Assembly (NCBI GenBank): GCA_047947115.1
Contig: CP170459.1
Coordinates: 3,680,001-3,744,000, forward strand
From: Verrucomicrobiota bacterium
Lineage (GTDB): Bacteria > Verrucomicrobiota > Verrucomicrobiia > Limisphaerales > AAA164-E04
Direction: 5' to 3'
DNA: 64,000 nucleotides
Positions 41,738-51,758 of this stretch are shown here, piece by piece; within the stretch, counting starts at the first letter, position 1; the number at the start of each line of letters is the position of its first letter. Under the pieces are notes generated by a model. The model made no database searches. It had not been told where the DNA came from and saw only the letters and a list, made by a program, of their open reading frames with translations. The position numbers and the translations under genes are program-made.

Positions 41738-43147
41738 ATGCCGAACACACCCGATCCATCCAAACACATGGACGTTCGACTATGGCATGCACTGATTCCA
41801 GTGGTTGCCCTGGTTGGACTCATTGCCGTCACACTGCTGAAATTTGAAGGTGAGGCCCACATCCCTCTGGTGCTCGCTTCCGCGGTGGCGGTAGTGGTCG
41901 GATTGGCCATCGGACACACCTGGGAAACCATCGAGAACGGTATTCTGCGCGGGATCCAGATCGGTATGAAAGCCATCCTGATCCTGTGCGTGATCGGTGT
42001 CATGATCGGTACATGGATCGCCGCCGGCGTGGTGCCCATTCTTATTTATTACGGACTTCAGATACTTTCCCCTGGAATCTTTCTGGTAGCGGCCTGTTTG
42101 ATTTGTGCGGTGGTTTCCCTGGCAACGGGCAGTTCCTGGACCACCGCCAGTACGGTGGGCATTGCTTTGATGGGAGTGGCGACCGGTTTGAACGTACCTC
42201 CGGCCATGGCCGCCGGAGCGGTGATATCCGGCGCTTACTTCGGGGATAAAATGTCCCCGCTTTCCGATTCCACCAACCTGGCACCCGCCGTTGCCGGATC
42301 GGAATTATTCGAACACATTCGGCACATGCTTTTTACCACGGTGCCTGCATTGATGATCTCGCTGGTGCTTTACGCCATTCTTGGAATGAGGGGATTTGAG
42401 GGCTCGGTGGATACAGGTCAAGTGGACGCCATCACGTCGGCTCTTGGACAACAATTCCAATTGAGTCCCATACTGCTGTTGCCTCCCATGTTCGTCATTG
42501 CGATGGTATTCTTCCGGTGGCAGGCGCTTCCGGCTCTTTTGTTGGCCGCTTTGTTGGGAGGAGTTTTGGCTGTGTGGATCCAAGGTGTTGGGGTGGGGGA
42601 AGTGTTCAACATTGCCCATTACGGATTCACCTCCGAGACCGGCAACGAGGCTGTTGATGCTCTTTTGACCCACGGAGGGTTGGACAGCATGATGAACACC
42701 GTTTCGCTCATTCTTTGCGCCCTCACATTTGGCGGCGTGATGGAAAGTGCCGGTATGCTGGGCATCCTGGCCGGTTCGATATTGAAACTGGCCAAATCCA
42801 CCGGATCACTTGTAGCCGCCACGGTCGCCACCTGTGTGGGGATGAACATCCTGGCGCCGGATCAGTATCTGTCGATCATCGTACCAGGTCGCATGTATCG
42901 CGAGGAATACCACAAACGCGGACTGCACCCCAAAAACCTGTCCCGCACGCTTGAAGATGCCGGAACACTGAGTTCCCCCCTGGTTGCTTGGAACTCCTGC
43001 GGAGCCTTCATGGCAGGCACTCTGGCTGTTTCTCCGATGGCCTACCTTCCTTATGCTTTTTTGAACTGGCTGACTCCCATCGTAGCGATCTTCCTTGCCT
43101 ACACGGGGTGGACCATTGTCCGTTTAAAAGGTGAGAAGGATCATTGA
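41738..43147 (+). CDS. nhaC: NhaC-family Na+/H+ antiporter
   Basis: GSSWTT, GAVISGAYFGDKMSPLSDSTNLA, LSRTLEDAGT. Confidence 0.92.
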   Translation: MPNTPDPSKHMDVRLWHALIPVVALVGLIAVTLLKFEGEAHIPLVLASAVAVVVGLAIGHTWETIENGILRGIQIGMKAILILCVIGVMIGTWIAAGVVPILIYYGLQILSPGIFLVAACLICAVVSLATGSSWTTASTVGIALMGVATGLNVPPAMAAGAVISGAYFGDKMSPLSDSTNLAPAVAGSELFEHIRHMLFTTVPALMISLVLYAILGMRGFEGSVDTGQVDAITSALGQQFQLSPILLLPPMFVIAMVFFRWQALPALLLAALLGGVLAVWIQGVGVGEVFNIAHYGFTSETGNEAVDALLTHGGLDSMMNTVSLILCALTFGGVMESAGMLGILAGSILKLAKSTGSLVAATVATCVGMNILAPDQYLSIIVPGRMYREEYHKRGLHPKNLSRTLEDAGTLSSPLVAWNSCGAFMAGTLAVSPMAYLPYAFLNWLTPIVAIFLAYTGWTIVRLKGEKDH

Positions 43148-43304
43148 TTGAACCATTCCCTAGCATTGACAGCGTTGAGAGCAACGCATCAAACGCATCC
43201 AAACCTGTTAAGGCTGAAAATGAGATTATAACATTTGCCAAAAGAAATTTCAGAAAAAACTCTGCGTCACTGCGTCTCTAGCGCAGCGGGCGTGAGAATG
43301 CATA

Positions 43305-43461
43305 TGGGGTCAAGTCTCAATATTCAACATTTGTAAAACGCTACAATTAGTATTTCCTTTTTTTCCTCGATTCCAAATATTTTGAACAACTGCATCTCCA
43401 AAAATGGATTAACAAAATTTCAGTTCCGCCTATAAATGTTGAATGTTGAGACGTGACCCCA
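43305..43461. mobile_element. MITE-like 157-bp element with 28-bp terminal inverted repeats
   Basis: TGGGGTCAAGTCTCAATATTCAACATTT (43305-43332) matches the reverse complement of 43434-43461 at 26/28 positions; AT-rich non-coding interior. Confidence 0.7.
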
Positions 43462-43583
43462 AAACCCGTACTGGCCAATGAACTCCGTGCCGCTCTCGTG
43501 GAAAAGGGATTGATTAAGGGGGGAGTTTGATTTGCGTGGTTACGTGATAAATGCTCGTAGTCGAGCCTAAATGGCTCCGGGAA

Positions 43584-43844
43584 CTATTTCATGGGATTAA
43601 AGCCAAGCAACAACAACTGGTCTTTAGCCTCCTCCAGCGAATCAGCTGCGTTGATTGCATCCAGAGTTTTAAAATGAATCGGTTGAGAATCCTCTGCCGG
43701 ATTCAATTTTGGATCGTCCGTTTCTGAAAGCTCTTTCCTCAATTGTTCCATGCGCTGATGTTGTCGACGGTAAATTGAGAGCTTTCCACAGAAATGTTGT
43801 CTACTCTCAAACCATTGACCGTTGCTATCCCGTACCACCGCCAA
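43584..43844 (-). pseudogene. Short hypothetical ORF, probably a gene remnant
   Basis: 86-aa ORF with a TTG start and no recognisable motif, at the island edge. Confidence 0.3.
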
Positions 43845-44115
43845 GCTCGGTCAAGGCGGGGTGGTGTATTGTAGATGGCAAATAGCCATTTTAGCTCGAA
43901 CTAGCAGGATTGGGGCAGGCTCGATTCATCGTTTGAAAGGTGGACAATAGATCTGTTTTTTGTTTAATCAATGTACAACCTCCACAAGTGCAGTAGAGTG
44001 CTTCGCTGGATCCGACCATTTTTCACAGTTGACGTCAGATGCATCAAACTTAGGCATTGCTTTCCGCCGACCAGAGTGTCTATTGAAGTATGACTTTACC
44101 ACTGAAAGGGTTTGC

Positions 44116-46416
44116 TTGAGTTCTTCCCCTAAATTGGATCGAGTTGCTTTTCTCGGTAATTATCTCCCGCGACTTTGTGGAATCTCGACTTTCACTCATG
44201 ATCTCTGTGAATCAATATCACAGGCTGCCCCGAAGGCTGACTGTTACGTGGTCGCCGTCAACGATCGTCCAGAGGGATACGAATACCCCTCAAGGGTGCG
44301 ATTCGAACTCCGCGACAAGGAACTTGACTCGTACCGACTAGCAGCCGATTACCTGAATTTCAACAATGCTGATTTGCTATGCGTGCAGCATGAGTTCGGA
44401 ATCTATGGAGGCGCTGCCGGAAGCCATCTGCTTACGTTGCTGAATGAGGTGCGCATGCCCGTTGTGACCACCCTGCACACGATCCTGCAGGAACCGAACC
44501 ACGCTCAGCGCAAGGTGATGGAGGAGTTGATCGCCCGTAGCGACCGCCTAGTGGTGATGGCGGAGAAGGGCGCCGAGATTATGCGGGGGACTTACGGGGC
44601 GCCAGATGACAAATTGAATGTCATCCCGCACGGCATTCCCGATCTAGACTTTGTCGAATCGAGCGCCAGCAAAGCGCAATTTGGAGTGGAGAGACGCCGT
44701 GTGCTTTTTACCTTCGGTCTGATTGGCCCGGGCAAAGGGATCGAGTATATGATCGAAGCCCTCCCTGAAATCGTGCGAGAGCATCCCGACGTGGTTTACC
44801 TCATCCTCGGAGCCACCCACCCGCAGTTGCTGGCTAACGAAGGGGAACACTATCGTCTGACTCTAAAACGGTTGGCCGAGGATCTAGGCGTGGCATCTCA
44901 CGTCATCTTCTACAACCGGTTCGTGTCGCTGGATGATCTGAAGGAATTTATCGGCGCGACTGACATTTATGTGACGCCTTACCTCAATGAAGCCCAGGTA
45001 ACGTCTGGCACGCTTGCCTACCTGTTCGGAGCCGGGAAAGTGGTCGTTTCAACTCCATACTGGCACGCGAGTGAATTGCTGGCTGATGGGCGCGGTGTTT
45101 TGGTTCCTTTCCGGGACGCGGGTGCCATCGCCCAGGGGGTTCGCGATCTGCTCGACGACGCGCCGCGGATGAAGCGGATTCAAAAGGACGCCTACGCCAT
45201 AGGGAGGGAGATGATCTGGCCGGCGGTGGCAAGGAGATATCTGGGTGCCTTCAAGCACTCGCTTGTAGCCAGGCAGGAAACGCCGCGGACGGCCTTCGCA
45301 AAGTGGACGATTGACAGTCGCCCCCGGGCGTTGCCGCCACGGCGCCTCGATCACTTGGTTCGCATGAGCGACTCGACCGGCATCTATCAGCACGCAATAT
45401 TCAACGTGCCTAACTTTCACGAGGGCTATTGCACCGATGACAATGCGCGAGCGTTTATCCTCTGCAAACTCCTCGACGAACTCGGAGATGCGCCTTCCTC
45501 GGACAGTCTCAACAGACTCACCACTAACTACCTGGCGTTTCTTGCCGCGGCCCTGGACTGCGAGAGCGGACGGTTCCGGAATTTCATGAGCCATAGCCGA
45601 CTCTGGCTCGAGGACGCCGGCAGTGAAGACAGTCACGGGCGGGCGCTTTGGGCCACCGGCACAGGCGCGGGCCGTTCGCGGGACAAAGGTCACGGAAAAC
45701 TCGCCGCCCAGCTCTTCAGGCGCGGGCTGGAAGTGGTGATGGAGTTCACCTCTCCGCGAGCGTGGGCTTTTACCCTGCTAGGCATCCAGGAATACCTCAG
45801 GCGGGGCACCAGCGATTCGTTCATCGACGCGATCCGCAATGGGCTGACAGAAAAACTGGTAAGCCTCTGGCGCGTGGCCAGTCAAGAAGACTGGCCCTGG
45901 TTCGAGAACAGCCTGACCTACGAAAACGCGCGTCTCAGCCAGGCGCTCATTCTGAGTGGCCAGTGGATGTCATGCCCCGAAGTACTCGATATTGGCCTGA
46001 ACTCCCTGCGTTGGCTGGCTTCGGTCCAGACCACGTCGGTTGGCTGTTTCCGGCCCATCGGCAGCAACGGGTTCTACCGGCGCAACGGAACGCGTGCGGA
46101 ATTCGACCAGCAGCCCGTCGAAGCCCAAGCCATGGTGGCGGCATGCCACGAAGCATTCCGCGCTACCGAGGATCCGATGTGGACAAGAGAGGCCAGGCGT
46201 GCATTCGAGTGGTTTCTAGGCCGCAACGATCTCGACGTTTCTCTGTACGACTTCGCCACGGGCGGTTGCAGTGACGGGCTGCACGCTGACCGCATCAGCG
46301 ACAATTTTGGCGCCGAGTCCACCCTCGCCTTCCATCTCGCCCTCGCCGAAATGGAAAGCACGAAACTACTCTTTGCTGCTCCGGTTGCCAATGCAGCCGA
46401 GGCGAAATCATTATGA
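44116..46416 (+). CDS. GT4 glycosyltransferase fused to a C-terminal six-hairpin-glycosidase-like domain
   Basis: YLPRLCGISTFT, QHEFGIYGG, TFGLIGPGKGIE, TPYLNEAQVTSGTL, then GYCTDDNARA, SEDSHGRALW, FDQQPVEA, GAESTL. TTG 44116 follows GAAAGGG. Confidence 0.9.
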   Translation: MSSSPKLDRVAFLGNYLPRLCGISTFTHDLCESISQAAPKADCYVVAVNDRPEGYEYPSRVRFELRDKELDSYRLAADYLNFNNADLLCVQHEFGIYGGAAGSHLLTLLNEVRMPVVTTLHTILQEPNHAQRKVMEELIARSDRLVVMAEKGAEIMRGTYGAPDDKLNVIPHGIPDLDFVESSASKAQFGVERRRVLFTFGLIGPGKGIEYMIEALPEIVREHPDVVYLILGATHPQLLANEGEHYRLTLKRLAEDLGVASHVIFYNRFVSLDDLKEFIGATDIYVTPYLNEAQVTSGTLAYLFGAGKVVVSTPYWHASELLADGRGVLVPFRDAGAIAQGVRDLLDDAPRMKRIQKDAYAIGREMIWPAVARRYLGAFKHSLVARQETPRTAFAKWTIDSRPRALPPRRLDHLVRMSDSTGIYQHAIFNVPNFHEGYCTDDNARAFILCKLLDELGDAPSSDSLNRLTTNYLAFLAAALDCESGRFRNFMSHSRLWLEDAGSEDSHGRALWATGTGAGRSRDKGHGKLAAQLFRRGLEVVMEFTSPRAWAFTLLGIQEYLRRGTSDSFIDAIRNGLTEKLVSLWRVASQEDWPWFENSLTYENARLSQALILSGQWMSCPEVLDIGLNSLRWLASVQTTSVGCFRPIGSNGFYRRNGTRAEFDQQPVEAQAMVAACHEAFRATEDPMWTREARRAFEWFLGRNDLDVSLYDFATGGCSDGLHADRISDNFGAESTLAFHLALAEMESTKLLFAAPVANAAEAKSL

Positions 46417-47924
46417 GTGCTATCCGGATTCGCCGCCATGAGGTGATCTTGCTACCCGAGAGCGCCCGAGTTATCATCCGTCCCTTCATTCCTGGGAGCG
46501 CTCACCTCGTGACGACGATCATCGGCCGCACGCTGGCTCTCACTGAGGAGGAGGTCGCCTGTCAGCTTGACGCGGTTAGGGCAGAATTTGATGATCGACA
46601 CATTGACATCGAGTCGATCTTGCTGACCCACTTTGAGAAAGTGCGCGGGCGCGTTTTCACCCAGCGCCCCCTTTCGCGAGAGAGGCGGCTCCTGATAGGC
46701 GCTTTGTTTTCGGGTGAGTATGCTCTCGAGTCCGCCGCCATCTTCAATCCGTCGATCGTGCCACATCCCGATCAGAGCGACGCTCCTGAGGGCGGGCTGC
46801 GATTCATCATGAGCCTGCGCGCCACCGGCGAGGGGCATATCTCGTCCATCGAATTTCGCGCCGGCACAATAGACGGTGAGGGGCACATCGCGTTCGATCC
46901 CGTCTCCCGGTTCGTCACCGCGCCGGACATCATGCCCGATCCTGACTATGACAGAAGGAGCTTCTTGATCAAGCTGCATGAGATGGGGGTTGACGATTTC
47001 CACATCGGAGCGGTTTTGAATCCGCTTTCGGAGCGTTTCACGCGCAGCGATCTGAACAAAAGCGTGGCAACCGTTCGACACGAATTCAAACCAGCCACCT
47101 ACGAACTGAATCACACCCTCGAGTGCATCCAATGGCTGGCGGACTCGAACTACGAAATACGCTTTCCCGAGCAGCTCGCCATCAGCGAACGCATCATTTT
47201 CCCCGTTTCGGCCAATGAAACGAACGGGATTGAGGATGCCCGATTCGTCCGTTTTGTCGATGACGATGAGACTGTAACTTATTACGCGACCTACACTGCC
47301 TACAATGGCTGTGACATCCTCCCCCAACTGATCCAGACGAAAGACTTTCTCAATTTTCGCGTCCTCACTCTTAATGGTGAAGCGGTGCAGAACAAAGGGA
47401 TGGCGCTCTTCCCACGCCGTATCGGGGGGCGCTACGCGATGCTGTCCCGGCAGGATGACGAAAATCTCTTCATCATGTTCTCTGATAGCCCACATTATTG
47501 GAGCGATCCCCAGGTGATCCTGCGCCCCGCGGCGATGTGGGAGTTGGTTAAAGTGGGCAACTGCGGTTCGCCAATCGAAACCGCCGCCGGCTGGCTGGTG
47601 ATCACCCACGGCGTCGGCCCGATGCGTAAGTACTGCATCGGCGCCATCCTGCTTGATCTTGATGACCCGACCAGAGTCATCGGCCGCCTCCATCAGCCGC
47701 TGATCTGTCCCGAGGGGATCGAGCGTGAGGGCTACGTGCCGAACGTCGTCTACAGTTGCGGTTCGCTGATCCACGGCAGGGACCTCATCCTCCCATTCGC
47801 CGTGAGCGACCGTGCGTCCGTGATTGCCAGCGTCTCTCTGGACGATCTTATGACGGCACTACAGTCCGGCAAGGGACCCGTTCCCTGTTCGAAGAGTAAA
47901 TCCAGTGCCAACTCAACTCCTTAG
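46413..47924 (+). CDS. GH130-family glycoside phosphorylase/hydrolase
   Basis: AIFNPS, GIEDAR, TYTAYNG, NKGMALFP, GNCGSP, HGVG, REGYVPNVVYSCG. ATGA overlap with the GT4 gene. Confidence 0.88.
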   Translation: MSAIRIRRHEVILLPESARVIIRPFIPGSAHLVTTIIGRTLALTEEEVACQLDAVRAEFDDRHIDIESILLTHFEKVRGRVFTQRPLSRERRLLIGALFSGEYALESAAIFNPSIVPHPDQSDAPEGGLRFIMSLRATGEGHISSIEFRAGTIDGEGHIAFDPVSRFVTAPDIMPDPDYDRRSFLIKLHEMGVDDFHIGAVLNPLSERFTRSDLNKSVATVRHEFKPATYELNHTLECIQWLADSNYEIRFPEQLAISERIIFPVSANETNGIEDARFVRFVDDDETVTYYATYTAYNGCDILPQLIQTKDFLNFRVLTLNGEAVQNKGMALFPRRIGGRYAMLSRQDDENLFIMFSDSPHYWSDPQVILRPAAMWELVKVGNCGSPIETAAGWLVITHGVGPMRKYCIGAILLDLDDPTRVIGRLHQPLICPEGIEREGYVPNVVYSCGSLIHGRDLILPFAVSDRASVIASVSLDDLMTALQSGKGPVPCSKSKSSANSTP

Positions 47925-48432
47925 AGGCCGGTCGATCTCGCCGGGTTTCGCGGAGGGTTTTATCCACGTTCAGCGCATTCTGGCGAGTCCTTCCGGCATA
48001 CCAGGAGACGAGGAAACCTACTGCGTTGATGAGGAGATTTCGCGGCTTGATCTGGCCACTCGGAGTATCTCGGACGATCTTCTCGCATTGGCTTCCCGGG
48101 TGGCAAAGGAGATTGATTCGAAGATCGCCGAGGTTTTCAACTTTCACAACATCATGGTGAATGATGGTGCTTTACAAGAAGATTTGAAGAAGGAGATCGC
48201 CGGCAACCTCGTCAGCGCAGGCAGTGCGGTAAAGAAGGTGTTTCTCCGCTGGGAGAACCGGTTCCTGCTTATGGAATCGCAGATCGCCAAGGACAAAGGC
48301 GACGACATGCGAGATCTTTCGAACCGGCTCTGCAACGCTTTGGCGGGAATCACCATTCACCCGTTGGAGGGAATCCCCCCCGGCTGCGTGCTGGCGACGA
48401 CGCGCCTCCTGCCATCGGACACGGTGTTCCTA
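47905..48432 (+). pseudogene. N-terminal fragment of PEP-protein phosphotransferase (PTS enzyme I, PtsP/PtsI-like), truncated by IS630
   Basis: LRGRSISPGFAEG, helical domain (EVFNFHNIMVND...DMRDLSNRL), VLATTRLLPSDT. It ends before the phospho-His motif, and the stop comes from the IS left end. Confidence 0.8.
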
Positions 48433-49581
48433 GTGTAGTCCGCCTTACAGATAGCATATTAAAAGAAATGTGTTAAAGTCGTTACATGCGAGTTGCTCCG
48501 CCCATTGAATTGACAGCTAAAGAACGTAAAAAATTGGAAACCATTCGCCGTGGGCGAAGCAGTTCAGTGCGGGCACGTGAACGAGCCGCGATCATTCTGT
48601 TGGCCGCCGATGGATTGGAGAACAAAGAAATCGCCGATCAGCTCGGGCAGGATAAAATGAAAGTGGGACGTTGGAGAAAGCGATACTCCCAAGGCGGTCT
48701 TGAAGCTATTCTCAAAGACAAATCACGGCCTGGTCGAATCAAGCCTCTTTCAAAAGCAAAAGTAGCACTCATTATTAAGCTAACACTCAACGAAAAGCCT
48801 GAAAGCGCTACCCAATGGAGCCGAAGCTTGATGGCTCAAAAGGTAGGAGTAAGTCCCTCCAGTGTAGGTCGAATCTGGGCAGCCAACGGACTCAAACCGC
48901 ATCGGATCAAATCATTCAAACTTTCAAACGACAAACAATTTCAAGAAAAGCTCGAAGACATTGTCGGCCTCTATCTCAGTCCTCCTGAGCATGCGTTGGT
49001 TTTTTCGTGCGACGAGAAGAGTCAAATCCAAGCGCTTGACAGGACTCAACCTGGTTTACCAATGAAGAAGGGACGACTGCGGACAATGACGCATGATTAC
49101 AAACGCAACGGAACGACATCACTTTTCGCGGCTATGAACACAGCCGACGGGAATATTATCGGAACCTGCATGAACAAGCATCGGCATCAGGAATGGATTC
49201 GGTTTCTTAATTTGATTGAAAAATCAACACCCAAAGGAAAAGAGATCCACTTGATCTGTGACAATTACGCAACTCATAAGCACGCCAAAGTCAAAGCGTG
49301 GCAGAAGCGACATCGTCGATTCCATTTCCACTTTACGCCCACCAGTGCTTCATGGTTGAACATGGTGGAACGTTTTTTCCGAGACCTGACGGTCAACACA
49401 ATCAGAGGTGGGGTGTTCCATAGTGTTGGAGATTTAACCCGAGCTATCGAAGAGCATATTACCCATCACAACCAGAATCCAAAACCATTTGTCTGGACGG
49501 CTAACGCGACGGACATTCTTGAGAAAGTTAAGCGTGGCCGAGAGAAACTTGTTAATATGCAGTCTGCTTGACGGACTACAC
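48433..49581 (+). mobile_element. Complete IS630-family insertion sequence (1149 bp)
   Basis: Terminal IRs GTGTAGTCCG...CGGACTACAC (10 bp perfect, 15/19 overall); TA on both sides (48431-48432, 49582-49583), each reading CTAG across the junction. Confidence 0.93.
48486..49571 (+). CDS. IS630-family transposase
   Basis: HTH domains, CDEKSQIQALDR, THDYKRNGTT, DNYATHK, FTPTSASWLNMVERFF. Confidence 0.96.
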   Translation: MRVAPPIELTAKERKKLETIRRGRSSSVRARERAAIILLAADGLENKEIADQLGQDKMKVGRWRKRYSQGGLEAILKDKSRPGRIKPLSKAKVALIIKLTLNEKPESATQWSRSLMAQKVGVSPSSVGRIWAANGLKPHRIKSFKLSNDKQFQEKLEDIVGLYLSPPEHALVFSCDEKSQIQALDRTQPGLPMKKGRLRTMTHDYKRNGTTSLFAAMNTADGNIIGTCMNKHRHQEWIRFLNLIEKSTPKGKEIHLICDNYATHKHAKVKAWQKRHRRFHFHFTPTSASWLNMVERFFRDLTVNTIRGGVFHSVGDLTRAIEEHITHHNQNPKPFVWTANATDILEKVKRGREKLVNMQSA

Positions 49582-49583
49582 TA

Positions 49584-49600
49584 GAGACGTGACCCCAAAA
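49584..49600. repeat. Third partial copy of the MITE terminal repeat
   Basis: GAGACGTGACCCCAAAA is identical to 43448-43464. Confidence 0.75.
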
Positions 49601-49615
49601 TTATGTAGCTAGCGA

Positions 49616-50581
49616 TCAATCATCACTTGCATCGACAAGCGGCCCAATGTATTCGGTAGCCACAACGATCTGGTCAAACCACACGGTGTGTGTTTTTGAG
49701 TTGAAAGGGGTGTTGTGTTTTCCAGCGTGTTGTTCGGTGTATTGAAAGGCTCTTTCGGTGACATAATTCATCAACCAGAAGACATTGGCTTTGAGTTTGC
49801 CCGATGAACGCCAATTGATTCCCGAAAAGTGGCCAATCGGATGGCCATCCTGCCAGACCGATTGTTCTCCATCCGGTTCACCAGGGGTATTCAATTTGAC
49901 TCGGAATTCCATACATATCCATTGGTCCCTTGGAATGACATCACTGTCGGGATGAAATTCGTTGCCCCAGTGCTTGCCATCATTGGATGATTTCATCTTA
50001 TGCCAGTAAGAATAAAACATCCATCGACCCGGTGGTGGGTTTTGTCCCCAATCGAACCAGGGTTCCATTCCTGTGGAGAAACGATCGTCTCCCTCCGGAC
50101 GGTAACCGGCTTTCCCGAAACTGCCCCAGCGTTCGGGTGATCCCTTCAGGTGTACAAAGTGGTGAGTGTAACCCGCATCCTCAGCAAACCTGACATAAAA
50201 GCGTGTGTACACCTCGTCCCCTCCTTCGCCCAGCCACTTGATCAATCCGCCACCACTATCTCTGCCCCGGGTTGCCGTCATCCGGCACGCATGCTCACCA
50301 TGGAAGGCGATGTCCGGATCTTGGGTGACGGCACACCTCGAAGAGTCGCCTTCGGCCTGGTTTTCGTCCCATTTTCCAAAATCTCCGGTCTCAAAATCCT
50401 CGGCAAAAAGCACAGCTGGATCGCGGTCCATTCCGAGATCGCCAGGATGCTTCGCGGCCAATCCCATTTGAACACCTGACGGCGCTTCGGACTGACAGTT
50501 GACAATGAAGATAGAAATTAAGAACGAGAAGGCAGTCGCATGCAGGGTGTCATGGAAATCCATGGTTCGTCGGGCTCTCAT
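49616..50581 (-). CDS. Secreted hypothetical protein, concanavalin/polysaccharide-lyase-like fold
   Basis: Hydrophobic N-terminus, VLFAEDFE.G, YTRFYVRF, FYSYW, W.C.EF.VKLNTPG..DG...W.DG, VWFDQIVVATEYIGP. Start approximate. Confidence 0.65.
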   Translation of the reverse strand: MRARRTMDFHDTLHATAFSFLISIFIVNCQSEAPSGVQMGLAAKHPGDLGMDRDPAVLFAEDFETGDFGKWDENQAEGDSSRCAVTQDPDIAFHGEHACRMTATRGRDSGGGLIKWLGEGGDEVYTRFYVRFAEDAGYTHHFVHLKGSPERWGSFGKAGYRPEGDDRFSTGMEPWFDWGQNPPPGRWMFYSYWHKMKSSNDGKHWGNEFHPDSDVIPRDQWICMEFRVKLNTPGEPDGEQSVWQDGHPIGHFSGINWRSSGKLKANVFWLMNYVTERAFQYTEQHAGKHNTPFNSKTHTVWFDQIVVATEYIGPLVDASDD

Positions 50582-50759
50582 AAGGAAACCCTCACAATAA
50601 ACACCGAATCGGTCAAACTTGTTTTGAATCACCGGTCTTAAGACGGTCTTAGCCCGACTTTCGCTATTCGGGAGTAAAATAAACTATTTTCGGGAGTTGG
50701 AGAGAGGTTTTGATCAATAACGACGGGGTGTCGTGGTTCAAAATGGCCTGTGGTGAAGA

Positions 50760-51247
50760 CCTACCTTATTGCACCCTCCTCTGGAATCTGTGATTCTATA
50801 GGAGTCATGGTTTTGCGAGCCAGCAATCGTCAAAAGAACGGAAAAGATCATCGATACTACAGCGTGGTTGAAAACCGCCGCATCCGCAGTGGCAAACATG
50901 TTCTAAAGATCTTATTGTATTTGGGAGAAATCAATGACACCCAAAAGGCCAGTCGGACCAAAACAATTGATGCGATCGACGAACGCAGCCATCGACAGGT
51001 TGCCCTATTTCCAGAGGACCGAGATATCCCCGAAGGGATTGAAGCAGGTCCTCAAGTAAAACTCAGCCAACTACAACTGCACCGTCCTCGACAATGGGGT
51101 GCGTGTTGGATGGCCTGTGATCTATGGCGCCAACTGAAATTGGATGAGTTTTGGGAACAACGTTTGAGGGAAAGCAGGAAAGGCACTCCTTGGCATTTGG
51201 TTTTGCAAACCTTGGTGGCATATCGATTGATTGATCCAGGCAGCGAG
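50760..51247 (+). mobile_element. IS1634-family remnant (probable left end plus N-terminal part of the transposase from ATG 50807)
   Basis: KNGKDHRYYSVVENRR...LYLGEIND...QVALFPEDR...RPRQWGACW...YRLIDPGSE, after which similarity stops. Confidence 0.8.
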
Positions 51248-51325
51248 TTGTTACAACTTTGCAACAACCTTAAACCCAGCCCTAAAAACCTTGAAATAAA
51301 GAACGGTTTTCAACAGACTATAAAA

Positions 51326-51733
51326 ATGTCAGACACACAAATATTCAGAGACGAAACAGGACAAGTCACAGGAATCAGAGTATTGCCACCAACTGCTGAG
51401 GGAGCTCAATATGAAGTCTCTCTCTCCACACAAGGAAGTCTTGAAGGAACCCATTATACAGCCCTGTGGACTTACACTCAGGTCCAACGCAATGACGGTA
51501 GTATCTACGGTCAGGGGGACGGAGTCATGACCACAGAATGCGGAGAAGTCATCTATCTCAAAGGAAGCGGCTCTGCTTCTGGCAAAGAAGCCGATGGGAG
51601 TGTTAAATTCAAAATCATCAACCATCACCACACTGGCGCCTCAAAATTCAAGCACATCAATGGAACCGCCGGCGTTGGTGTTTACATTGTATCTGCAGAA
51701 GGAAAGACAACCGCTCAGATAAACCTTCTCTAA
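51326..51733 (+). CDS. Hypothetical 135-aa beta-rich protein, in frame with the IS1634 fragment
   Basis: Own ATG after an AT-rich spacer (TATAAAA-ATG); DGSIYGQGDGVMTT...KFKHINGTAGVG; followed by a terminator. Confidence 0.7.
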   Translation: MSDTQIFRDETGQVTGIRVLPPTAEGAQYEVSLSTQGSLEGTHYTALWTYTQVQRNDGSIYGQGDGVMTTECGEVIYLKGSGSASGKEADGSVKFKIINHHHTGASKFKHINGTAGVGVYIVSAEGKTTAQINLL

Positions 51734-51758
51734 TCGGGAAGGGTTGACGAGTTTGATG

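Noticed and set aside
43260..43298. CTCTGCGTCACTGCGTCTCT...GCGTGAGA REP-like tract
   Set aside because: Single copy in the window; cannot be established as a repeat.
50633..50696. Short direct repeats CGGTCTTA x2 and TTCGGGAGT x2
   Set aside because: Too short and irregular to call as operators or att sites.
50750..51733. Treating the 327-aa ORF as one genuine protein
   Set aside because: It is an IS1634 fragment plus spacer plus a separate gene with its own ATG.
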